A stretch of DNA of 64,000 nucleotides from an uncultured Alphaproteobacteria bacterium. Lineage in GTDB: Bacteria > Pseudomonadota > Alphaproteobacteria > Rhizobiales > Xanthobacteraceae. Every line of letters begins with the position of its first letter. Positions within the stretch are counted from its first letter, which is position 1. The notes under the pieces are model-generated. The model searched no databases. It was not told the DNA's origin and saw nothing but the letters and a program-made list of their open reading frames with translations. The stretch spans positions 1,584,274 through 1,648,273 of the forward strand of contig CAWGKM010000003.1 in NCBI GenBank assembly GCA_963823225.1, written 5' to 3'. The translations under genes were made by a program, and so were the position numbers. Positions 49,852 to 57,431 of this stretch are shown one piece after another.

Positions 49852-49986
49852 CAAAGGCGCCCACCGCGCGCCAAGCGCGCGAATTCCCCGCGTCCAGTTT
49901 GCAGCTTCCTGCGCCGCAAATATGGCAAAGCCGCACCGCACCGACCCGCTCCGCTGCAGTGCCACGCGACCAATGGAGATATCGGG

Positions 49987-50373
49987 CTAGCGATCTTGCG
50001 GAAATGCGATGCCGATGACCAGTCCGGTGCGCCACACCGTGCGGCAATGGCGCCGCGCCTGGCCATTTGCGGTCAACAGCAACCAGAAAGTTTCCGGCAG
50101 TTCGCTGTCGCGTTCGAGCACGACCCGCGCGCCGAGTTCCGAAATATCGGAAATCGAACACGGGATCGGCGGCGTTGTGTCGTCGATTATGATTTTCGCA
50201 GTGTAATGAAATTGCCGCCGCGGTTTCTGGCGCAATTCGGCGCGCGTGCGATAATTGCCGACTACGACCATCGGAATTCTCCCCGCCCGCCGCTTGACCG
50301 GCACAATGGCGCGATTGGCGGAAATTAGGGAAATGACATTAAAGGCGCGTAAATTGAGCCTGGCGCGGTGCAT
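49987..50373 (-). CDS. PilZ-domain protein
   Basis: RQKPRRQF...DISELGARV matches RxxxR / DxSxxG. Confidence 0.65.
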   Translation of the reverse strand: MHRARLNLRAFNVISLISANRAIVPVKRRAGRIPMVVVGNYRTRAELRQKPRRQFHYTAKIIIDDTTPPIPCSISDISELGARVVLERDSELPETFWLLLTANGQARRHCRTVWRTGLVIGIAFPQDR

Positions 50374-50675
50374 TATATTTTATGTTGCAACGTCTTAGCT
50401 GCCCGGCACCGGCAATCTTGCTCGCGCCGAACAAGTCGGTATCATTACCGTCTCATGAGGGTGACTGACGCTCTGTGTTGAGTTCGCCGATGAGTCTCGA
50501 TTGGCTGGATTGGTCTAATCCGGTCCGGCGTGGCGGAGAGCCGCAACGGCGCCTTCGCGATCGAGCCGCTGCTGGCGCGGGCCGCCATAGCGATAGGCAT
50601 TTTGGCTTGAATCCGATACTATTTTGGGGCTGATTCGCGCCCCGCGTTATGTGAACGGCCGTGGAGGTGACGGGT

Positions 50676-51320
50676 ATGATCATCACGGTGGCCACCATGA
50701 AAGGCGGCAGCGGCAAGAGCACGCTGGCGAGTTGCTTGGCCGTGTATTGGCATCTGCGCGGCCGACGCCCGAGCCTGATCGATGCCGATCCGCAACGTTC
50801 CATCATGCGGCTTGTGGCGCGCGAACGCGCGCTCGGCGGCGTCAACGTGGTCGAAGACGCGACCGAGCAGGCTTCGCAGACCGCGCGGCGGCTCGCCGGC
50901 AGCGACGGGCTCGTCATTATCGACACGCCGGGATTTCGCTCCAAGACGACGTTCGACTGCCTGGCGGCGGCCGATTTCTTGCTCGTCCCCGTCAAGCCGT
51001 CGCCATTCGACGTCGACCGCATGCTCGATACGATCGGCATCCTGACCGAGCGCACCGATGGCCGGCGTCCGCTGTTTCGCTGTCTGTTGACCCAGACCAC
51101 GCGCAACTCCGTCATTGCCAGGCACATTCGCTCCGAACTCGTCGAGGCCGGCTTGCCGGTGCTGCAAAACGAGATGGCAAACCGCGTCGCCTATCCGGAG
51201 GCAAGCCTGTGGGGCGCGACGCCGAGCCTGATCAGCTGGAAGGGACACGCCGCGCATGAGATCGCCGCGATCGCCGACGAGGTCGATATGCTGCTCGGCG
51301 TGCAACAGGCGGCCGCATGA
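50676..51320 (+). CDS. ParA/MinD-family ATPase (orphan)
   Basis: Deviant Walker A (MKGGSGKSTLA), the DADPQ switch and IIDTPG Walker B. Confidence 0.8.
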   Translation: MIITVATMKGGSGKSTLASCLAVYWHLRGRRPSLIDADPQRSIMRLVARERALGGVNVVEDATEQASQTARRLAGSDGLVIIDTPGFRSKTTFDCLAAADFLLVPVKPSPFDVDRMLDTIGILTERTDGRRPLFRCLLTQTTRNSVIARHIRSELVEAGLPVLQNEMANRVAYPEASLWGATPSLISWKGHAAHEIAAIADEVDMLLGVQQAAA

Positions 51321-51907
51321 CCCGCAAACCGCTCCCCAAGGCCATCACGCAGCCGCTTGGCGATCTGCGGGCGTTGGCGCCGCGCCTCACGGCGGAGGAG
51401 GAGGCGCCGCCGCGCAACGCCGCGGCGTCATTCGATAAAGTCGAGGCGGAGCCGGCGCTGGCGGTTTCATCGGCGCCGATCGCCAACGATTTGGTTGCGC
51501 CGGCACCGGCGCTGACGCACAAGCTCGCGGCGCGGCGCCGGGCGCTCGCGCGCAAAATCGTCGACCGCCATAAAAACCTCGCGGCATTGGGCGGGCTCGT
51601 GCCGCTGCCGGTAGTCAATATCGCCAGCGTGACCGCCGTCAACCTGCGCATGGTGAAACGGCTGAGCGAGCTTTATCAGGTCCCATTCCAGCACGATCGG
51701 ACGCGATCGCTGATCGTCGGACTGATCGGCGGCGCCGCGCCCACCGGCGTCGGCCTCGCAACCTCTTCGACGCTGACGTGGATCGTTCCCGGCGGTGTTC
51801 TATGGGGCCTTGGTGCGTCGGCGGTCACCGCGGGCGCATTGACCCGCGGCATCGGCCTCGTCTTCATCGAGAGTTTCGAGGCCGGCGCGACCGCGGCCGG
51901 GCGCTGA
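51317..51907 (+). CDS. DUF697 (YcjF-like) membrane protein
   Basis: The ATGA overlap couples it to the ParA-like gene. The C-terminal half (GLVPLPVVNIASVTAVNLRMVKRLSELY...two hydrophobic helices) resembles DUF697. Confidence 0.5.
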   Translation: MTRKPLPKAITQPLGDLRALAPRLTAEEEAPPRNAAASFDKVEAEPALAVSSAPIANDLVAPAPALTHKLAARRRALARKIVDRHKNLAALGGLVPLPVVNIASVTAVNLRMVKRLSELYQVPFQHDRTRSLIVGLIGGAAPTGVGLATSSTLTWIVPGGVLWGLGASAVTAGALTRGIGLVFIESFEAGATAAGR

Positions 51908-51952
51908 CACATCGCAGCGGCGTCCGACAAGCCTTCAGACCGGGCAACTCGA

Positions 51953-52402
51953 TTAATGGTGAAGGCGTTTGATCTGATTTCTCAGATGCAACTTGCGGCG
52001 CTTGAGATCGGCAATCGACAAATCATCGGTCGACTTACAAATCAAAATCTCGTCGATCTCAGCTTCAAGCCGTTCAAGGTCGCCGATATAGGCATGCCCC
52101 TTCGTTATATTCTCCGACTCGATGTCTGAACGCGCGCGGTTGCAGATGGGCTGATCGACCTGCAGTTCGCACAAAATGTCGGCAACCGGACAGAAGCTTG
52201 GAGCGACCGCCACCGACCGAGGCATGCTGTCGAGCCAGTCGCGGCAGGTTTGTTTGCACGGGCAAGCCTCGCACCTGTTCAACGCAGTGGCGTAGCTTAG
52301 GCCCAACACCGACACCGCGCCGCCGCCCGGATCGACACCGAGGCGCTCCATCATTTCGAACAGATAAATCGATTGACCTTCACGCGGGACTGGAGCGGTC
52401 AT
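51953..52402 (-). CDS. DUF6455-like N-terminal domain fused to a DUF465 (YdcH-like) C-terminal motif
   Basis: LFEMMERLGVD...CEACPCKQTCRDWL (Cys cluster), then LERLEAEIDEIL...DLSIADLKRRKLHLRNQIKRL. Confidence 0.45.
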   Translation of the reverse strand: MTAPVPREGQSIYLFEMMERLGVDPGGGAVSVLGLSYATALNRCEACPCKQTCRDWLDSMPRSVAVAPSFCPVADILCELQVDQPICNRARSDIESENITKGHAYIGDLERLEAEIDEILICKSTDDLSIADLKRRKLHLRNQIKRLHH

Positions 52403-52842
52403 TCTAACCCTCCCTTCCCTTATGGCCCGCCAAGCGCACAGCTTAGCAGAGCGCCAGCTCGCGTCTTGATCTGGATCAAAATCGACTTCAGAATCGCCGC
52501 ATATCGATTCCGATCCACAAGATAAATCGACTGCATAAAAGTTAAGCAATGTTGGCGCGACGTTGCTGTCCGCCTCGGCTCATCCGCGTCGATTTCTGCA
52601 CCCGCCAGGCATGCCCGCAATGCCTCCGATCGCTGCCGAATTGCTGCATGACGGCAACCGACGTTTCGGGGCCGAAGCTGCCTCACGCATCGCAAAAGCG
52701 AGTCGTGGAAGATTTCGCCCTCGCCACGATCAGAAATACTCATCGCGTTTCAGACGAGCGAGGCACGGTTTACAAAGTTGCATAGCGTAGGCATCTGCGG
52801 ATGGCAGCAATATCAAGCGCGTCCCCAACGAAAGGTGGGAAG

Positions 52843-53256
52843 ATGAAGCGTCAACCAAAGGCAGCAAGCAAGGCGGCCTCCAAACTAATCAGCGATAGGA
52901 TAGCCGAGTTGGGTGACTGGAGAGGCGAGACACTCGCAAGGATGCGCGCCCTCATCAGGGAGGCCGACCCTGGTGTTGTGGAAGAGTGGAAGTGGAGGGG
53001 AACCCCGGTATGGTCCCATGACGGGGGCATCTGCACGGGAGAGTCGTACAAGTCGATCGTGAAGCTGACCTTCTTTAAGGGCGCTTCCTTGAAAGATGCC
53101 GCCAAGCTCTTCAATTCGAGCCTTGACGGGAACGTAAGGCGCGCCATCGACATTCACGAGGGTGAGGAGATTGACGCGAATGCGTTCAAGGCGCTCATCC
53201 GCGCGGCCGTCGCTCTCAATACTTCTGGCGGAAAGAAGTCCACGAAACGCAAGTGA
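52843..53256 (+). CDS. DUF1801 (YdhG-like) domain protein
   Basis: IAELGDWRGETLARMRALI...EEWKWRGTPVWSHDG...KLTFFKGASL is typical of DUF1801. Confidence 0.7.
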   Translation: MKRQPKAASKAASKLISDRIAELGDWRGETLARMRALIREADPGVVEEWKWRGTPVWSHDGGICTGESYKSIVKLTFFKGASLKDAAKLFNSSLDGNVRRAIDIHEGEEIDANAFKALIRAAVALNTSGGKKSTKRK

Positions 53257-53495
53257 GCATTCCAGGCAATCCCACCCCTGAACATGTCCGACATCGGGGC
53301 CGCAGAAGTGTCGTTCCTGCCGAGGGTTCTCATTGCCCGCGCTGTTGGATCGGCGGCGCCCAGTCCGCTCCTGCCCAATAAGCCGACATTAGCGTGCTTC
53401 TCACCCAACAGCGGTCATTTCGCTGCGTTGCACTAGGTGACGCTGCGACCTAGGCTCGGACGTAGCGCGATGTCCGCGTCATGTCTGCTTCACGC

Positions 53496-53729
53496 CTAAA
53501 AGCGGTGAGGGTGCGGTCCGGCAGGCGGAATGTATAAGTTGTTAGGTTGGCAGAACCCACCGATCCCACTCACGTAGGCCATGCACTGATCGTGGGTGGA
53601 AAAGCCGCAATTGTAGGCAGCATCGCCCATGTTGAGAACCGCACACCACGGATAATTTTGCGCTTTAGCTGGCGTGCCGATTGCCGCCATACCGGCGAGT
53701 AGTCCCAGCATGAAGAGTGAAAGTCTCAT
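53496..53729 (-). CDS. DUF3551-family small secreted protein (paralog 1)
   Basis: Signal peptide plus QNYPWCA...NCGFSTHDQCMAYVSGIGGFC. Confidence 0.7.
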   Translation of the reverse strand: MRLSLFMLGLLAGMAAIGTPAKAQNYPWCAVLNMGDAAYNCGFSTHDQCMAYVSGIGGFCQPNNLYIPPAGPHPHRF

Positions 53730-53994
53730 AGCCGAACTCCTAGCGTTGCGGCTCTGTGTATGAACACCAATGTGTATTTTTTATTCCAGCAACGAGGATT
53801 GGCATGCATCGAAATCAATAGTGCTGCTGCATTTTGCAGGACGTCGCTTGGGTCATCAACATCATTTTCGGCGCATTTGGCCTTCGTCGGCGGCGGGTAG
53901 CAGTTACTGATATCAGCATGCCGCGGGTGGAAGCCAGGACGGCTAGCGACCGTTGGCGAACTGCTGCACAAGTCGTAGTGCGGCGACAATTCGG

Positions 53995-54249
53995 TCAATA
54001 ATGAGGACGTCTTGGAGACTTTGTGAGCGGATGAGGTCCGGGCGGATGGTAAGTATTGTTTTGGATGCAGAAACCGCCGATACCGCTCACATCGGCCATG
54101 CACTGTTGGTAGGTTGAGAAGCCGCAATTCATGCTGCCGCTCATGGCGCCGCCGTATTGCGCACACCAGGGATAATTTTGCCCTTCGGCCGGGGTGCAAA
54201 ACGCAGTTGCCGCGGCGGTAATGCCAAATACGAACAGCAATGACTTCAT
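53995..54249 (-). CDS. DUF3551-family small secreted protein (paralog 2)
   Basis: QNYPWCAQY...NCGFSTYQQCMADVSGIGGFC. Confidence 0.7.
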   Translation of the reverse strand: MKSLLFVFGITAAATAFCTPAEGQNYPWCAQYGGAMSGSMNCGFSTYQQCMADVSGIGGFCIQNNTYHPPGPHPLTKSPRRPHY

Positions 54250-54482
54250 AGTCGCCTTCCGGATTTGGGGGATGGATGGGCTGGAACGTATAAGCTGTTA
54301 AGTTGGCAGAACCCTCCGATCCCACTTATGGTGGCCATGCATTGTTGAAAGGTTGTGAATCCGCAAGTCGCGCCGTCCCTGTAGCTGTATTGCGCGCACC
54401 ACGGATAATTTTGAGCCTCCGCGCGCGTGTTGATCGCGGTTGTCACCACGAAAAATCCTAACGCAAAAAGAAAACACCTCAT
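54246..54482 (-). CDS. DUF3551-family small secreted protein (paralog 3)
   Basis: QNYPWCAQY...CGFTTFQQCMATISGIGGFC. Overlaps paralog 2 by 4 nt. Confidence 0.7.
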   Translation of the reverse strand: MRCFLFALGFFVVTTAINTRAEAQNYPWCAQYSYRDGATCGFTTFQQCMATISGIGGFCQLNSLYVPAHPSPKSGRRL

Positions 54483-54960
54483 GACCGGTCTCCTTTGGAT
54501 TGCGTTGGCTCTCGGTTATTAACGCCGAACCCGCTATTTTATTCCACCGATCACGAACAGAATTTTGGCTGCGCTGTGACCCTTCCGAAGACTAGAAAAG
54601 TAACCCATGGGGCGCAAAACAGTCCGAGATGGTGACGCTGTTGTGGCAGACCAGGGCTGTTTTCGCCCAGCGCAAAAATCATCAATCTCTCGACTGCTGC
54701 GATGCACACTCCACTTCCCACGTGGGTCATTCACGTCATTACGGGCCGCGGGTTCGGACTTCCGCTTGTCCCCCAATTGCAGACATATCGCTGCACCGCA
54801 CTAACCGTCGCGGAGGGCCAGGAACGCGCCCTACCTTCCGCTTCTCGGCCGGGAGATCACAAACAATACGAGCCCTCGCCGGCGCCGGTGCATGTGAACC
54901 TAGGGCGAACCTAAGCAAATCAGATTCGGATGCCGTATTTACACAAGCCACTGACATTGC

Positions 54961-55015
54961 TGGTGCGGACGGCCGGACTTGAACCGGCACGGGGTTGCCC
55001 CCAAGGGATTTTAAG
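54961..55015 (-). pseudogene. 3' half (anticodon loop to CCA) of a disrupted tRNA-Leu(UAA)
   Basis: The minus strand reads CTTAAAATCCCTTGGGGGCAACCCCGTGCCGGTTCAAGTCCGGCCGTCCGCACCA. No matching 5' half is adjacent. The partner lies at 56260-56297. Confidence 0.85.
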
Positions 55016-55154
55016 TCTTTGGAGGCTAGCAAAAAGCCCTTATTTCATTGGGTTTTTCGACCGTCAAATTCGAAGTGTGTAAGAAAGTGTGTGAGACTTA
55101 AATTCCTATCCACGTGCCATTGACGGAATTGCACGGTCTCGACAGGTTCGGAGG

Positions 55155-55385
55155 ATGCAATTCGAGATTCTCGGCGCAATTTCGCAGGTCGAGACGTTCG
55201 CCGCTGGGACCGGAATTCGTGAAATCGCGCGGCTACGCAGGATCTATGGGCGGGGCCGCTGGCGCAAACGCAAGGGCGTCGCTCGCATTCGATTGCCCAA
55301 TGGCTCTATTCATATGGCTGAAGTACACTGGTACGAAGCCAGCGGAATCGGCCGCAAGGAATTCAAGATCAAACATCTGCTTTAA
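55155..55385 (+). CDS. Small hypothetical protein (76 aa), first gene of a compact pair
   Basis: ORF MQFEILGAISQVETFAAG...RWRKRKGVARIRLPNGSIHMAEVHWYEASGIGRKEFKIKHLL. GGAGG sits immediately before the ATG. The family looks familiar but I cannot name it. Confidence 0.5.
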   Translation: MQFEILGAISQVETFAAGTGIREIARLRRIYGRGRWRKRKGVARIRLPNGSIHMAEVHWYEASGIGRKEFKIKHLL

Positions 55386-55396
55386 AACGCAAAGCC

Positions 55397-55627
55397 ATGG
55401 CAAAATCGCAAGCGAAGCAACTGGTCGTATGCGTCAGCAACGAGGGCTATTCGGCCTCGCTCGAAAAGCGCAAAATTTATGTCGCGCTCCGCGACGCCGA
55501 CGCCGAAAAGCATAGCCTGCTTCGGATCGTCGATAAATCCGGGGAAGACTATCTCTTCCCGAAATCATTCTTTCGTTCGATCGCCTTGCCGCAAGCCGTC
55601 AGGAAGGCCGTATTAGCGGCGGCATAA
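55397..55627 (+). CDS. Small hypothetical protein (76 aa), second gene of the pair
   Basis: Starts 11 nt after the first ORF's stop. MAKSQAKQLVVCVSNEGYSASLEKRKIYVALRDADAEKHSLLRIVDKSGEDYLFPKSFF. Confidence 0.5.
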   Translation: MAKSQAKQLVVCVSNEGYSASLEKRKIYVALRDADAEKHSLLRIVDKSGEDYLFPKSFFRSIALPQAVRKAVLAAA

Positions 55628-55912
55628 TTCCGCGACGCCTGGCGCCTAACCTGGGAAGGCTTCGCCATAACGGCACGCGGAGGCGCAGTCCAACGCCGCG
55701 GCGCCTGTCGCTCATTGGTGGACAATCACACCGAACTTCAGCATGTCATCCTGACGGCTGAACGCGTAGTTGAACAACGGCGATGCCGGCGGCGGCGGTG
55801 GCGTAACAAATCGTCTCACTACGCTCATGTTACGCATGAGCTTCGAGGGACATCCTTCGCCCAAGATGCGGCTTTGGCTAGCTGCGCCATCCGAAGCCCG
55901 CAGGGCGAAGGA

Positions 55913-56202
55913 TGGTGCGGGCGGCCGGAATCGAACCGGCACGGGGTTTCCCCCAACGGATTTTCGTACCAGCTACGGCTTTCACCGCCGCCGCGAATGG
56001 CGTTTGTGGTCTGGACTATACCTTCGCCGTAGCGTGAGCCTTAGGCGCTGCCCGTCTAGTCTCTACACCTTCCCTTTCGGGCTTGGCTCGGGATTGCCAT
56101 CTGACAGGTTTCCCCGACTTTGAGCAGTTCTACGTCTCGGGTTTCCCGCGAGCGCACTCAATTTCCTTAAGTCCGTTGCGTCTACCGTTCCGCCACGCCC
56201 GC
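55913..56202 (-). tRNA. tRNA-Leu (anticodon UAA) interrupted by a group I intron between U34 and A35
   Basis: Exon 1 (56202..56169) is GCGGGCGTGGCGGAACGGTAGACGCAACGGACTT. Exon 2 (55964..55913) is AAAATCCGTTGGGGGAAACCCCGTGCCGGTTCGATTCCGGCCGCCCGCACCA. Joined, they give a complete class II cloverleaf. Confidence 0.85.
55965..56168 (-). ncRNA. Group I intron (IC3-like, 204 nt, no ORF)
   Basis: Core strings CUCAAAGUCGGGGAAACCU, AUGGCAAUCCCGAGCCAAGCC, GAAGGUGUAGAGACUAGACGGG and CCUAAGGCUCACGCUACGG match the remembered Azoarcus tRNA-Ile and Anabaena tRNA-Leu introns. U precedes the 5' splice site and the terminal nucleotide is G. Confidence 0.85.
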
Positions 56203-56259
56203 ATTGCGTTGATCACATACCCTGCCCGTCTGACCGGACAGCAGTCCTAAATTTGCAAC

Positions 56260-56297
56260 TTTTAAGTCCCTTGCGTCTACCATTTCGCCACGTCCGC
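56260..56297 (-). pseudogene. 5' half (position 1 to anticodon loop) of the disrupted tRNA-Leu(UAA)
   Basis: The minus strand reads GCGGACGTGGCGAAATGGTAGACGCAAGGGACTTAAAA. Its acceptor strand GCGGACG and anticodon stem AGGGA pair with CGTCCGC and TCCCT of the 54961-55015 fragment. Confidence 0.85.
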
Positions 56298-56459
56298 GAA
56301 GCGGACATCGATAAGGACGTCCGCGGAGCGGACATCCGTTCGGACATCCGCGCGGCGGCATTTGTAGCACTCGCGGCGCGTGCCCCGGAAGCGACGATAA
56401 ATTCGAAAAGGCCGATCCCGTCCCGATCCGGCCCGGCCCGCCGCAACGGTTAGGTCCGT

Positions 56460-56756
56460 TCACTGCTGCTTCTTGTTCTGCGACACAGTCTTATTTTGCG
56501 ACGCAGGCTTACTCTGCGGCGCGGTCGCCGGCGCAGGGCGCACACTGGCCCACGGATCGTTGGCGGAGCTCTGATCGGGAATTTTCTTGGTCGCCGATCT
56601 GTAGGCGTTATCAATCTGCTTGTCCTTTTCGATCTGCTCCCGCGTCCGGTGATTTTCCAATTCGAGAGATACACTGGGCATTATCGGCAACTGGGCGAAT
56701 GCGGTCCCCGTCAGCCAGGCGATGAGCGCAACCGCTAGGATGAGTCTTTGCAGCAT
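56460..56756 (-). CDS. Small secreted hypothetical protein
   Basis: Signal peptide MLQRLILAVALIAWLTGTAFA, then a low-complexity polar tail. Confidence 0.5.
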   Translation of the reverse strand: MLQRLILAVALIAWLTGTAFAQLPIMPSVSLELENHRTREQIEKDKQIDNAYRSATKKIPDQSSANDPWASVRPAPATAPQSKPASQNKTVSQNKKQQ

Positions 56757-56856
56757 GGTCTGGGCCCTCGACCTAAGATCACACGGTTAAGTGCATGATC
56801 GTCAAAAACCGGCATCCGCCCGGATCGGTCGGGGCCGGGTTTTTTCGAAATCATGC

Positions 56857-57309
56857 TCACTCCTTGAAGACATGCCCCCACAGTTCGTCCCAGTCGCCGC
56901 CGCAAATGTCGGTCACGCGACCATCGCGTTCGAAGAATTTATTGGGCACCTGGAACATGGCAAGCATAAGCCCGCCTTCGGGCGTCCACGCGACGTGGCG
57001 GCTGCCGGCCTCGCGCCAGACGAATTCGCCGGGGCCGACCGTCAAGCCCGCCGCCGGGCCTGCCTTATCGACGAGCTTGCCCTCAAGCACGTAGGTCTGC
57101 TCGATCTTGACATGCTGGTGGTCGGGCAGCGTGGCGCCGGGCGCGAACTTCATCAGCGCGGTGACGAGCCCCGTCTCCCGGTCGAGTAACAGACCCTTGA
57201 CCTCGCAGCCGGCAAACCGCGTCTTTTTCCATTGCATATCGGCCGGCCGCACGACGTGAGAATGGGTATCGGGCGTGTCGTGCTTTGATTTGGGCGTGAC
57301 GGCGTCCAT
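56857..57309 (-). CDS. Cupin-domain protein (ChrR-like cupin)
   Basis: LMKFAPGATLPDHQHVKIEQTYVLEGKLVD...GEFVWREAGSRHVA. Confidence 0.7.
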   Translation of the reverse strand: MDAVTPKSKHDTPDTHSHVVRPADMQWKKTRFAGCEVKGLLLDRETGLVTALMKFAPGATLPDHQHVKIEQTYVLEGKLVDKAGPAAGLTVGPGEFVWREAGSRHVAWTPEGGLMLAMFQVPNKFFERDGRVTDICGGDWDELWGHVFKE

Positions 57310-57431
57310 GGCGTTCTCCTTCCCTGTCGCGACGGATAATAGACGCTGCGGTTGGCGCATAAAAGCCGAGACAATGACCCCCTCCCCAACCTTCCCCCGG
57401 GGGCAGCCGGCCGTAAGCGCGGTTCCCTACC

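Larger units (their letters stand above)
55018..56259 (-). mobile_element. 1.24-kb insertion in the tRNA-Leu(UAA) anticodon loop, flanked by 9-bp direct repeats GACTTAAAA; carries an intron-containing tRNA-Leu(UAA) and two small ORFs
   Basis: Forward ttttaagtc occurs at 55009-55017 and 56260-56268. The flanking half-tRNAs are mutually complementary. No recombinase gene and no terminal inverted repeats were seen. Confidence 0.6.

Noticed and set aside
50524-50553. ccggcgtggcggagagccgcaacgg resembles the 5' part of the cargo tRNA-Leu (GGCGTGGCGGA...CGCAACGG) on the plus strand, and could be another tRNA-Leu remnant.
   Set aside because: There are only two short blocks (11 and 8 nt) with a 4-nt gap in a GC-rich background. 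There is no acceptor, anticodon or T-arm continuation. This is insufficient evidence.
52403-52842. A 440-bp gap with a 107-aa minus-strand ORF (52420..52743).
   Set aside because: Weak codon bias, no family resemblance and no ribosome-binding site. It is more likely a divergent promoter region for the flanking genes.
54961-56297. Considered that the whole 1.24-kb segment is one giant or nested intron of the outer tRNA-Leu.
   Set aside because: The segment would end in ...GACUU rather than the terminal G required of group I introns. It has no group I or group II core of its own outside the inner 204-nt intron. The 9-bp direct repeats fit recombination or insertion better.
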